DNA of 64,000 nt from Antedon mediterranea (lineage: Eukaryota > Animalia > Echinodermata). Within the stretch, counting starts at the first letter, position 1; each line of letters begins with the position of its first letter. The translations under genes and the position numbers were made by a program. Below the pieces are notes generated by a model. It was not told the origin of the DNA, did not search any database, and saw nothing but the letters and a program-made list of their open reading frames with translations. This document shows, piece by piece, positions 47,941 to 62,000 of the stretch. The DNA lies in contig NC_092673.1 in assembly GCF_964355755.1 (NCBI RefSeq), positions 28,765,648 through 28,829,647 of the forward strand. Reading direction: 5' to 3'.

Positions 47941-50052
47941 AAGGATGAACGTAAATATATATATATTTTATAAGACCAGTTAAGATCGGATAATAATGGT
48001 TTAAATAGAAATTGTAGCTTTGAGTTTTCTTTTATTTATTATTAGTTTATGTATATATATTTTTTTCTTCTTTTTCGTATTCAATGTTATATCTTGCGAT
48101 GGGTAAAACTTAAAGTCTTTATGACTTATATGACTCTCCCCCTCATAATGACCTATTGCATTTATGTATTTTATTATATTGTGGAAATAAATTACATTGA
48201 AATCGTTTAGAGTCATGGTTCATGTAATTTTATATAGAAAGGAGAAATTTAAGGGAGTATGAAGTATGAAGTGCTCTTTATATATTTGGCAGTGTTATAG
48301 GCCTATTAGGTTAAATCCATAGAACACACAAACAAAATTTACGGTATATAATAGTGAATTTGCCACTTTGTTATCTGAATATTAATTGATCACGAACGTT
48401 TTTTCGCCCGTTTTCTAAAGAGAGTGCGTGACAGACAGAATATTGATTTTACATTTTACAATTGGCCTAAATTGTAAAATGTAAAATCAATATTTTTTTT
48501 TTAAACGTAGGATTTTTGCAGATCAATTTTGTTTCATTTGTGATGTATGTTTCTTACTATAAAATAGGCCTCTTCCTATCTAATCAGTATTGATGAGATT
48601 TTGTTACTCAATATTCCATTTTTATAGGGTGTCGATCGCACCTTCGACAATAACGTCTAAGACCTACTTGGACTGAATAGTATATACATACAAAGTGATC
48701 TATACATTAATAATGTAGGCCTGTCAAAATAAAGCCTAGATTTCATTTCATTTCATTATTTATTTGGTCTATTTAAGTATATACAAAACAAAAAAAACTG
48801 AAATTGGGGCGACCAGGGTCAACCTAAGTGAACTTAATCACTGTAGCTGAGCCGGTTGACCCAACCCCAAAGTCAGTTTACATATAAAAGACGTAAAGAC
48901 AAAATACAGTTACAGCGAATCAAAATGAATATGAACTTTTCTAATGAAGGCTGATGGGCTTTCTAGGACTGCAGCATAGGTAGGCCTACTTCAAAAATAG
49001 AACTCATCGTTAACATTTAATTAAACTACTAACGTACCTAATTGACCGTAAGAATATTTATCAAACTTGAAAAATATAAAATCCATACAAAGTAAAAAGA
49101 TGATCCTAATTACAAAACGTGGCGGTACCATGGCGTCATGTAAGCCTAGTTAACGTATAATGTGATAAATGTAGAAAAATTAATACTAAATACCTGAGAT
49201 ATTAGGACTCTCCCATTATTGTGGAATTTGCAATGGATCAGTCCGGACTGGAGTTAAACTGTTATTTTCAAAACTATGTAATTTGTAAAGATGTAGGCCT
49301 AGAGATGTCCCCCGAAACATGAAGATTAATAAAATCAGACGTACTATTTTGCACTTTTATTAAAGTTATTACCTCCGTTGAAAAAAACAAATAATATTAA
49401 TAATCATGAATAATGATTTGACAAAATAAACGGTCCAACCAACACCCTGCCTGCCTAGATTAAATATATTTTTTTTTCTCGATCCAATGGGTTGTAAAGT
49501 GATAGGCCTACGTGCTATTATGTGATATGGCATGATTGCGAGTGAGTAGGCTACTGGCCTATTCCAAAAAAACATTTTTTACTTTTCCTTTCATTCTTTA
49601 GTCCTAACAATTGCATAAAAGGGTTCGCGCTTTTAAATTAAATGTAAATTATTATGGTATTGTTTTATTTTCGTTGTGAACTGAAAGTTTCCTTTCACAC
49701 GGACGAAGGTTTTTTTTAAACTCACATTGATTACGTCACCTCAGGAAATGTTGCATTGTGGGAACAAGAAGACGTGTCAAACATGCGCATTTGATAATTT
49801 ATTTAAGTACTTAACTTTATTATAATTGTACAAACAGGGAAAAACTTAAAATAACTAATTACATAATTGTAAATAATTTACATACAAATACATTAATAAA
49901 TACCTTATACGTTTTTATTTAATGTTTTTAACACAACATAGTTTAGTTTACCTGAAATACGAAAATAGAAATGGAAAGTGTCCGCGATGTAACTTTTTCT
50001 TTAGCAACATAGGAGGCCTACCTGGCAGTCACAAAATTTAAAGGCTATCAAA

Positions 50053-53000
50053 ATGGCGGACAGTAGTCGTCAACAAAAGTTAGCTGCTGCTCGAAGAAAG
50101 GTGAGACCTAGATAAACCCAAATATGTATACAATTTGGAATTACCTAAATATGTGAAATAATTGTCACCTGGATTGCATAAAATGTCAAGTTGTGTATAA
50201 GCCTAGCCTAGCTAGGCCTAGTTGTTGGCGACTGTAGGCGCTGGCTAGCTAGAGAACCGGCCGGCAGGGTCGGTGAGCCAGGCCAAACCCAACCAGAAAA
50301 TGGCCTATCGCCAGGGCTAGTGTTATTTTATTTTATTCTCATTTTAGGCAAATTGCCAAGGATAACCACAAGTGAATTCATTCACTATCCTTCCTAAAAG
50401 GTGGCAATCCCATTCACAAGAAAAACATAGGCCTAGCTAGGCCTAGGCCTATACATATTCATATACTCTAGCCTATTATTATTAGTTTGGCTACATGGAG
50501 GCTTTTAGCTAACTCTAAGCCTAGATTGACACTTCGCTTTGCGTGACCTAGGCCTATATTTATAAATACTATTATGATAAAATATGATAATACAATTATA
50601 ATTTTAATTTAGTTTAGGAATACAGTAAAGTAAGTAGCCTATTTATAGCATATAGCCTACCCTAGCCTATAATAAGACTGCACCGATCCATATTTATTGT
50701 GATTGGTCCACACACAGGGATCCAGTCAAGTCGCCCCATCGCAAAGTCGCCCAATACAAAGTCGCCCCATCGCAAAGTCGCCCCAAAACAAATTCGCCCC
50801 GGCACAGTCGCCCCATCGCAAAGTCGCCCCATTACAAAGTCGCCCCATCGCAAATTCGCCCCATCGCAAAGTCGCCCCAACGCAAAGTCGCCCCATCGCA
50901 AAGTCGCCCACGGTTTTAATCATTGGTTGCGTTTGATATCGATTGCGTTGTTACTTTGGTCGCGCTAAATGTCGTATACAGTCACAATGTTTATCCTAGG
51001 CTATTAACATAATTTGTGTTTTAATTTTTATTTTACAGGTTTTAATGGAGTGATGTGCTTTTTAAAAATCATTAAAAAAATAGTCCCTTGTTTGAAAGTT
51101 CTAAAAAGATTATCCCTGATTTATAGTTTCGAAAATGTTAATTTAATATGATTTTAAAATTAGTTACCAGAGCCACAATTACGAATCTTTCTTCAACCTA
51201 CGCGTGGATACCAGCTAATTTTTTAGGATAAGCTAATTTTTTAGGATAATATAATAAATGTATAAATGTGTAGTAGCCTAGGCCTTCGTATAGATTTACA
51301 GTAGTTAAAACAATAACAGTGTTGTAAGACAATGAGTGTTATAGGCTACTTATTGATCATTTTGCATTTATTGACAAGTTATAATGTGTCTTAATTTTAT
51401 AAAGACTTTTCAAAATAAAGAAATAAAAAAAAAAAGGATTTCATCGCCGATATGATTGTTTTACATGCAGGTATTTTAGTAAAATTAAAACGCTACATTT
51501 TGACCATGGAAAAACCATCATACAGTATCGTGTGCGTGTTTTTTAAAAAGGGGAATCCCCGACGGTCAGCAGAAAGACGTAGCAGCTGTGAGGAAACACC
51601 AGAAGGCGCAGCTCCGATTGGTTTCAGAGAATGTTTCAGATGGCGAGTCGCCTTTTATTCAACAGCACAATGATCATTTTACTGAAGAAATTCTTTTCAA
51701 CCCCTTTGGTTAGGCCTAGAACATTCTAATTATCATGCCTAATAAATATCCTCATATCGGGTATTTATTTAATTTTAAATTAAACAAGACAGTGAAGAGG
51801 CACGGAATAATACGTACACGGACGTACGACGAATACACACACGTACGTCATCATTTACGACATATAGTGGTGATATGATGCAATTTTATAATGGATATAA
51901 TGATGGGATTGCCTTTCCAGGCTTACAATCAATGTTCATTACGTAATACTATGTATATAATAGTAAACTGAATGTTTATAAATAAATTGTTTTACGTAAT
52001 TTGTTGCATATAAAATAAAAGACACAGACGTAGCCTACGTTTCCTATAAAATATTTCACATTTAAATAATTATGTACTGTTAAATGACATTATGCTGGAT
52101 AATATTATAATCTTAAACTATGTTTACAAATTTAATATTAATATAGGCCTAATAATAATAATACATATTCATCGACCAAAGTAAAAATAATCTAGATCGT
52201 ATAACATCATTTTATCGCGACCAAATTTAAACGCGACCGATTTCGAACGCGACTGATATCATCGTAAAACTCCGGCGGGGTTTCCCCATCTTCAGATGGT
52301 GCGTTGTAGTACGACGACAACGGCGGAGTAATTACGGGGGTTTCCCTCTGGTAAGCTAGCACGTTAGTGCGACCGCGGAGTGATTAGTCGGGGGCTTCCT
52401 CTCTGATGATGGGGGTGCGTGCCGATCGTGTGACCTGAGACTACATGGCGGGGCTTCCCCTTTTTATGCCTACACGTTCCGTGTTATTTTGTGTATCATT
52501 GCGACATTTTACGCACGTACTTGTAAACTATTTTTTAACGTTTTGGGGCGACTTTGCGATAGGGCGACTTTGCGATGGGGTGACTTTGCGATGGGGCGAC
52601 TTTGCGTTGGGGCGACTTTGCGATGGGGCGACTTTGCGATGGGGCGACTTTGTTTTGGGGCGACTTTGCGATGGGGCGACTGTGTAAGGGGCGACTTTGT
52701 ATGGGGCGACTTTGCGATGGGGCGACTTGACTAGCATCCCACACACAATGCATAATCACTATCTTACCTGCTAAACTAAAGAAAAACATTCATAACCACT
52801 CACTACAAACGAATCAGTATTCAACTTATTAGTATGAATAGTGTGCAAATTGTAGTGAGTGGTGATTTCAACTTTGTTTATATCCTTGCACAATTGAGCA
52901 GTGAGCGTTTTTGGATGTATGTTATAGCGCTCTCTATTTAGGCGTACCTGTATATGTGATAGTGCCTGGATAGGATTAACGCCTAGGACTAGATGCAGCC

Positions 53001-56000
53001 CCTTTAGCTAATAATATAAAAATGTATGTCATTTATAAAGTTATATTAATACATTGGTTGTCATTTTTTAGTTGAAGCAATTTCAACAGAAGAAAACCCC
53101 GTCTAATTCACCAGCTCAAAAAGTTAAGAAATCTGACAAATCCGTGAACAACCGGTCATTGGCCAATGACGTAAGCTCAACAAGTTCAATTGATGGATAC
53201 GAAAGCTTTGCCACTGCTCCAAGAACACCTGTAAGTAGTTGAACGGATACTCCCCATCAGAAATTTTGTTAAATTATAATTATAAAGTTGATTATAGGAG
53301 GTACAGTTTAAATCTGCCTTTTAAAAAATGATGATATCCTAGATATATTTGTAGAACATATAATTTTAATTTGGAGAGATTAAAAGTACTCAATAATCTC
53401 AGTTATAAATTAACTATTGTACATCATTCATGTTTATTTTCTGTTTTCAGTAGGCCTTTTAAAATTGATGATATCTTATATATATATGTAGAACATATCA
53501 TTTTTAATTTGGAGAGACCAAAAGTACTCAATAATCTCAGTTATAAATTAACTATTGTACATCATTCATGTTTATATTTTATATACAGTAGGCCTTTTAA
53601 AATTGATGATATCTTATGTATATGTGTAGAACATATCATTTTTAATTTGGAGAGACCAAAAGTACTCAATAATCTCAGTTATGAATTAACAATTGTACAT
53701 CATGTTTATATTCTATAAAGGCCACACATGCAGGTGATCAAAGGGTAGAGAAAATGTCACCACCTACTTCCAACAGGTAAGGACAGACTAAAGCCAATTA
53801 TTTGTAATACAACTCTATCTAAACACTAAATACTCAATAAATATGATGATGATATGCATTCTTTTGCCATACGAAAATTGTTTTTTTAAATAAAAGAAAA
53901 AAATATTCCTCATTTAATAAACAGAGGTTTGGAGAAGAAAATAATGTTTAAAAAACTATATTATTTCTTGTTACTGTACCTTTTAACAGTTTTAATGATG
54001 TTAAAATATGTTAATCTAACTCATCATTAATTTTTAACCTAATATTTCATTATTAATTATACTTTATTTATTCATTATACTAAAATGTTCAACTACTATT
54101 TATTATTGCAATTTAACTTGCATTGCATTAATTCTATAGCAATTCTCCTGCCTGGCCTCTTGATTTCCAGACATTATTGGCCACCTGGGACTTGCATTTA
54201 TACAAGTTGTTCAAAGTTTAAAAATAGAATTATATGCTACTACCTTGTCTAGTTAGGGTTCTGTCTACTTAAAATAAACAGTATTTTTGTACTTTATATG
54301 TATTTTATTGTATATGAATAATAATGATTAACATATAAACAGTTGAATTATTCAATTTATACAGTAACTGTTTTTAATGGTTAAAACAACTAGATTTGCT
54401 ATCCTACATCTTACATTTAAAAAAAAATTTCTGTCTAAAGTTAGCATCCACTCCCTTAAGCCCTTTAATTGTCATTCATATAAATGATCTATGTATGATT
54501 TAATTTATTATTTAAAATCATAAATGTCAATTTCAGAACAATTTCCTCAAGTGAAAGTCTAAGACAGATGAAACATCAATTAAATGGTTTGGTATCGGAG
54601 GTAAGTGAAAGTTAAAGAAGACAAAAAAAAACTCTAGACCACATAAGGTCACACAAAGCAAAATAATTGATTTTAAAATGGAATAAGATGACATTGTTGT
54701 CACATTTTCAACTTAAGCTCAACTAGTTTGACAACAAAAATATGATGTACCCAAATATGGTAGTGATATGCCCACATATGGTAGTGATATGACTTCATCA
54801 TGTCCATATATGGACACATCACATTTTGTTGTCACATAAAGTTTGATAGTGTAGACAGAGCTTTAGGTATACAAATTGAGTTGTTGACACATTAATCTTA
54901 ATTACAATACATAAATAAATAACAGTGCACAAAGTAGTGCTAGTAATGGGTTAATCATTATAAAACATTCAATCATTATTATTTTAAAAATATTTTTATT
55001 TATTTATTCATACTATTTATAAATGATAATTAGATCAGCACAAATAACGTTGTTTGTTATATATATCTACTGTAGTGGAGATAAGACAACAATATAATTT
55101 TGTTGTAAATTGAGTTGAGAATTGATTGTATTTTAACAGGCATCGCTTCTTAATGGTGGTGGTAAGAACGACTTGGACACAAGCATACATGACTTAGAGG
55201 TATGTTTACAAAAATACAGTACAAGCTTTCCATTAGGCGTAAATTCCATAATTAATTCCATTAAAGAATCGTTATTTAGACATTTATTATTAAATAACCG
55301 TTATCATTTGACTTATATGTATTCATCTTTTCCATCCTTTAATTAAATTTGTATTTTTTCAGCATTTTTTTATTCAACTTCTGTATTTTCAATAATATAG
55401 TCAGTAAATTTAAATAATAGTCAATATTTTTACATTTTTTTTAAAATTTATCATTGCTGTAAATAATCAAAATATATATTTCATAATTAATATTTTGTGT
55501 AAAAATCACTGCACTATACACGTTATTATTATGAATTCATGATATGATTGATTGAATAAAGTTCACAAGAAACATCTTTAAAAAAAAAAAAAAAAAAAAA
55601 CTTGTTTACTATTAATACTGTAGCTACGTAATCAAGAGTTAGCGGCGTCATTGAAAGAGAAAAGTCAGGACAACTTACAATTATCATTCCAGTATGAAGA
55701 GATAGTAAGTTACAAATAACATGTGTATACATATGCAAGGAAGGCCTACATTACAAAAGGCTCAGTTCACCACTATGTCCTGTGTCCTCCCTGTTTTAAA
55801 TTTCCTATCCATCACTGGTACAGAAAATGTTTAATAGTAATTTAATAGTTTGTCACATATGGCTGTTAACAACAACTCCCAGCTAAGTTATTGTTATCAT
55901 TTTTTTCCTAGAAATCGCAATGTAATAAACTACAAGAACAAATACATAAGGTATGTATTATGTATAAAAAGTTATAAACTATACAATATAAAGGCTTTAT

Positions 56001-59000
56001 AAAGCTCTAATTATTTAAATTCACACTTAATAGTGTAGTATAAAACACAAAAAGCAAGGTGTTTTACTTACGCAACTAAATTTAAATATTACATTTTTAA
56101 TGTTTTTTTAAATGCCTTTCTGTATGTTTAAATTTTATGTGTAGTTTTGCTGTGAATTTGTCTACTTTTGATCCATCATTTTTAATTTTTTTTGTAATAC
56201 AATATTTTCAGACTTATCTGCTTTTTGTAAATTGTTTAAACCAGAATAAATAAATAAATACAATTTAAAAACGTTTAAAATTGCAAATCCATTAATTCCA
56301 GGAGAAGGAAGATATTCACAATTTGTCACAGAGGGAGCAAGGCGCATTGAAAGAACAGCTACAAGTTCACATACAAACTATTGGAATATTAGTATCGGAG
56401 AAATCTGACCTGCAATCAAATCTAAACCAAAGCAATATGAGTATACACCAGAGAAATGGTATGTCCACACTAAAGCGTGGTTCCCACTACTGCAGAGACG
56501 TACGTGCAACACAAGTGAGTTGATCAATGACCAGCAACTGTCCGAATAATCCATCGCTTGTGATTGGTCACATCACTTGTGTTGTGTTTCGACCTTGCGT
56601 TGCGTCACTAGTGGGAACCAAGCTTTAATGTCAATACTATGCAGCTATCAAGTACACTACAGTGAAACCCCTCATTTGTGAAACCTCAGCAGTTAAACGA
56701 ACAAGGACAATATAAGTTTTAACACATGTGCCTATTAAAGATGTATTGTCCCCCAAAAACATAAAAAATTAAGATTAATTAAATCAGACTTTGAATATGT
56801 TATTTTGTAGTTTTAATAAAGTTAATCACTTCCGTAGGAAAAAAAACAAAAAAAAATAATGTTTTCACTTATAAAATGACAAAATAAATGCCTAAATTAA
56901 ACCAAAAACCCATTGCCTGACAGCCACATTGACCATTTTTGCTTTAAATTACAGGTTTTTTCAGGTAAATACATTTTTTTTCGATCCAATTTTCGGTCAA
57001 ACTGGATAACTATTAGGTGACATTAAAATGGCATATTCAACAAAAATGTTGTTAAAAATTATTTTTTCAGGGGGACAATACATCTTTAAGGGAACACTGC
57101 TGGGAAACTTTGTTGGGTCCTGATATGAAGATAGTCTTCTTAATATTAGTATTCTATTGTATTACAAAAATAGTGCCTTAGAAATAAGCTTTATTGAAAA
57201 AAAAAGTTCTGTCCACTGTCATTATGTTGTTCTAACATGCTTTTCAAATATTCATTAAAACTTAACAGCTCTATAATGTAGCTTTTAGAGCGGGCTTCTT
57301 TACAATAAAATCTTTAAAGTTAATAATAATAGATAAAGTATAATAACCTACGTACAATAAAAGGTAATAATAATGTTCTTTATGCATACTAAAATAAACT
57401 TGTTACGACGCTCACCATTCAGTAATTATCCAATTTATAATATAACAATACCTCTACTTCGCTCTAATTTGTGTCAATAAATTCTTATCCAATTTAAACA
57501 CACCGAAAATTGTGCTTAACCTAATAACTGTAAAATACAGCAGGCAATTAGATGTACATTACACCAACAACAATGTCCTTAATGTTGAATGTACTTCATA
57601 TACTGTAAACTATTAATATTTATGATCTTACAAAAACCAATTATAATAATAATAATAATTATACATTCTACATTATAATATAGACTTCAGATACATTTTG
57701 CCAGCGACAGACATCATAATAATAATATATTTGTATTTTGTCCTTTATATAATAACTACAATATTATAAGTTTCTTTTTATCCTTTCTTTCATTGTAGGC
57801 CTACTGTATATTTATATATATATATTTATTTGTAATATCTTTATCTATATTTTGTGTTTTTATAGTTGATTTTGTATTTACTGTTTGTATTGTTTGAGGG
57901 TCCCCAATGATCAGCTTATGTTGGATGGATCACCCTCATAAAATATTGTTGAAACAGTTTAGGAAATTATTTCAGTAAATGAAGTTTGTGATTGGTTGCA
58001 GCACAGTCCTATATTGATAAACTAATTTACAATGCTAATTGCATTATGATAAAAATATAGGCCTTTAATTTGTTTATATTAATTTATGTGGGATTTTAAT
58101 TGATATTAGTGACAAACCTAATTTGAATTTGTATAATCCATAATCTATTTATGGCATTACCAAACAACAAATATACAGTAATAACCATGCAATCTTTATC
58201 TATTTATAAATTATAGTTCCTAATAGGAAATCTTATATTTGACATATTTAACGCTTTAAATTTAAAAAAAAATTATTTACTTTAAAATAGTTTCTTGATG
58301 GTCCAATGTCAGAATTTGCTTTTAAAAAGAAAATTCATTTGTTTTTCAAATTTAATTATTTTTTGTTGTCAAGAGGAAATAAATAACCTGAGTAGTAGAT
58401 TGGAGGCCTCAAGACAGAGAGTAGCAGATTTGGAACGAGACTTTGCTAATGCGCATAACAGTAGTCAACAATTACAACGAGTAAGTATCATGCATAATGT
58501 TACAGAATGCAGGTGTTTGTGTAAGCGTAATTAATGACACAGGTGTACAATAGGTCTTGTGTACTAGACATGATATAGACATCCCTGAAGAAAATTTCTG
58601 TTAAAAAAAATTTGTTTTACGCTATGTTTTTACGCTAGAATGATTGGACTAAATACAGTTTTATAAAATTGATTGTATTGCCAGATGTCAATGAAAAGAA
58701 AACATTGTTATAAATTTCTTAGATTTTTTGCAAAAGAAAAATGTTTTTTGTAAATCCCAAGCAATTCAGTTTTTCTTTGTGATTTGTGGATATTTTAAAC
58801 AATAAATGAATTAATTAATAATTAATTTTGTATTATATGATTATTTTTACTATTAGACAAGTTCTGATCTTGATCGGGAAAGAGACCAATTATTAGCAGA
58901 ACTGAATCACTTAAGGTGAGTTTTATTTACTTTCATGAATCTAGTAGATTTAGTTTTAATATTATGTACAGGATTTATTTCAGTAAGATTGTGTAATTAT

Positions 59001-62000
59001 ACAATGTTTTCTGTATTGTAGAAATAGTAATGAGGAATTATCACAGCAAAATTCGGAATTAGTTAGTGAATTAAGAGCCAAGGTAAGTTCATTATGTTTC
59101 AATGTCCAAGCTGTTATTTCTACTTGAAATTGTAATAAGTTAAGCCACTTAGTTACTATTATGTATAACATAAATATTTGTTACAGAGAATGTCAGCTAG
59201 CAAAAATGAAATGATAGAATGTTTTATGGTATCATCATTTGAATCATCTAGGCTCCATAACAAAATGATTGAGATCCTGAGATGATCTGATACCGGTGTC
59301 TTTTTTGTGTGTGTGTCTGTCTTAATTAAATTTATTTATGCAATTGATTTTGTAAATATGAATGTCCGTTTCCAAAATATAGTAAAATGTAAATGTAAAC
59401 AAACCCCACACCAAGTAAGTCATTTAAAAATTGTGATTTTTGAAAACCTTGTAAAGAATCTAAATATTCTGGTCACTGAATTCTTTAAAAAAATAACGAT
59501 TGTTGTGTTTGTTGTCGACTTGATGTAGTTGGGTAGTGGCACTGTGGCTTGGTGATTAACATGCTTGCTTAACACTCCCAGAGTCCTGTGTTCAAATCCT
59601 GTCACAGCCAATACAGTGCTAGTATTACTCATATGAGAAAAAAAAGTGTGAGTTTTCTTATCATATGTTGAGTTTGCGGTACACCACATATAAATAGTTC
59701 TGAAAAGAACAGTTGAGTTTCTCGACGCATCAATATACTTTGATTGTCCTCAGGAGTGAGATTGATTCTCTACATATTGATTTCGCCATGCAAACCTTCA
59801 AACAATATATTGTAATTGAAAGTGTAAAAATAGAATTTAAAAAAGGTTCAAAATTTAACTCAACAGATTTCCGAAAATCAACATTTAGAAACCTCCCTTC
59901 ACAATTCAAAAAGCAGTTTGAATATGGCAGAGTTACGAGTACAACAGCTTACCAAACAATCAGAGCCTGTTGATTATCAACAGGATCTACAGAGGTTACA
60001 GGAGGAAAACATGGCCCTCCAACAAACAGTAGCTCAGGTAAATTATGATAAGAAGTTTGATTTTATTGTATATATGCCTGCCTGAAAAAAGTGAATTAAA
60101 ATATGTTAAAATTTAAAAATAAATTTTAAGTTGATAATGTGTCCTAATAGGTCCTCTGTTTTACATGTTTGTTTACTGATTTTTCATTATACCAATTTGA
60201 ACTATATTTTTCAATAAAGATAATGATATATTTATTTCAGTACCAACAATCACTACAACAGTTGACAATGGAAAGGGAACACTTAAACCAACAGAGTCAA
60301 CAACAAAATAACCATCTCATGCAACAGATACAGAATCTAGCATCACAGGTAAGGTTAAACGTCAACACATCCATATTAGGTCAAGGTATCTGACATGTAA
60401 ATTCGGTATTTGTGAGTTCCCTACCTGTTGAGACACCACAATTCCCGGAATAAGGACACCCCTCAAATGGAAATGGAACATTCCGGCAAACAATATGTAT
60501 AATATAAACATTGAATTGTAAGTGGGGGAAGGTTGGCATATGGTGGTTGTACCATCATGAATAATAGACCTCTTATTTTTACATCTATTAAAATATTGTT
60601 TATAGTTTATTTAACGAAAACAATATATTTATATTCTATTTCAGACAAATACATTACTTGGAGAAAGACAACAACTTGTTAGCAATATACAATCTTATCA
60701 ACAACAAATAAATAATTTACAAGATGAACTAGGTGAGTTCCAGTTTGTTACAGTTGTCACAATTGCTTCATTTTGCAAATTTGCTGACCAGGATTCAAAG
60801 TGAATGACCTTAATGTAAATATAACTACCGTGGATTCATATTTACTGATCTGAAACCAAAGTAACTGACCTGGATGCAAATTTAGTTGACCTTATTCTAA
60901 ATATAACTATCCTGGATTCAAAATTGACTGGCATGAATGCAAAGTAGCTGACCTGGATATAAATGTAGTTGACCTTAATGCAAAGTAGCTGCCCTAGATT
61001 CAAATTGACTGACCTGGATTCAAATTGACCGACCTAAATGCAAAGTAGCTGCCCTGGATTCAAATTAACTGACCTGGATTCAAATTGACTGATCTGAATG
61101 CAAAGTAGCTGCCCTGGATTTAAATTGACTGACCTAAATACAAAGTAGCTGCCCTTGATTCAAATTAACCGACCTGGATTTAAATTGACAGATCTGAATG
61201 CAAAGTAGCTGCCCTGGATTCAAATTGACTGACCTGGATTCAAATTGACTGACCTGGATTCAAATTGACTACCCTTGATTCAAATTAACTGACCTGGATT
61301 CATAATGCCTAGCCCGATTGCTAATTAACTAGATTTTAAATATAAGGATCCCGATTTTCTGTGATAATTTTAAGTAAAACTTGTTGTTTGTTTGTTTACA
61401 GAAAACCAAAAAGTACAACAGAATGATGTAACCAGCAGCAGTATAAGTGAAGATGAGTTGAAAGGTCACACAGATACAATACAAAGACTTCAAGAAGAAA
61501 AGCTTTCATTAGAACACCAATATAAAGCACAAGTTAGTTGATCATATTCTACTGACCTGGATATAAAATGACTGACCTAGATTTATTTTTGTGACATACC
61601 TGTACCTTGTTGTAAATGTATACAACAGAATACAGAATCTTTATTGGTCCAATTGTTTTGACAAGCTTGAACAAAAAATTAAAAATATATTAACAATTCA
61701 TAAGTGTTATAACATTTAAAATACAGTGAAAAAATAGATATTTAGCAGTATGTGGGAATTGTAATACTTGTATGCAAAATATAATATGATACCTTACTAA
61801 TGCTTTATTATATATAAACAGAAAATAATTATGAATTGGGGTAAAGTCATAAATTAAATATGTTATTTATATTTTTACCATCAGGTAAACGACAATGCAC
61901 AGCTAAGCAACATGTATAGAGAAGCTGAGGAACAAAGAGAGAGATTAGATAATGAAGTGATGATGTTAAGAGAAGAAGCTTCTGATAGATCATCTTTACT

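Noticed and set aside
49369-49460. Hydrophobic LLILFVFFNG segment as the signal-peptide exon of the hevein-PAN gene
   Set aside because: It is preceded by an in-frame TGA and lies within a diverged Kolobok-like repeat.
50662-52789. Overlapping ORFs ([15 protein letters not shown] etc.) and a CRISPR-like look
   Set aside because: These are 16-bp tandem units with no unique spacers; they are the TIR arrays of a transposon.
59537-59612. Possible tRNA gene
   Set aside because: The D and anticodon arms do not pair properly; it is better explained as a SINE head.
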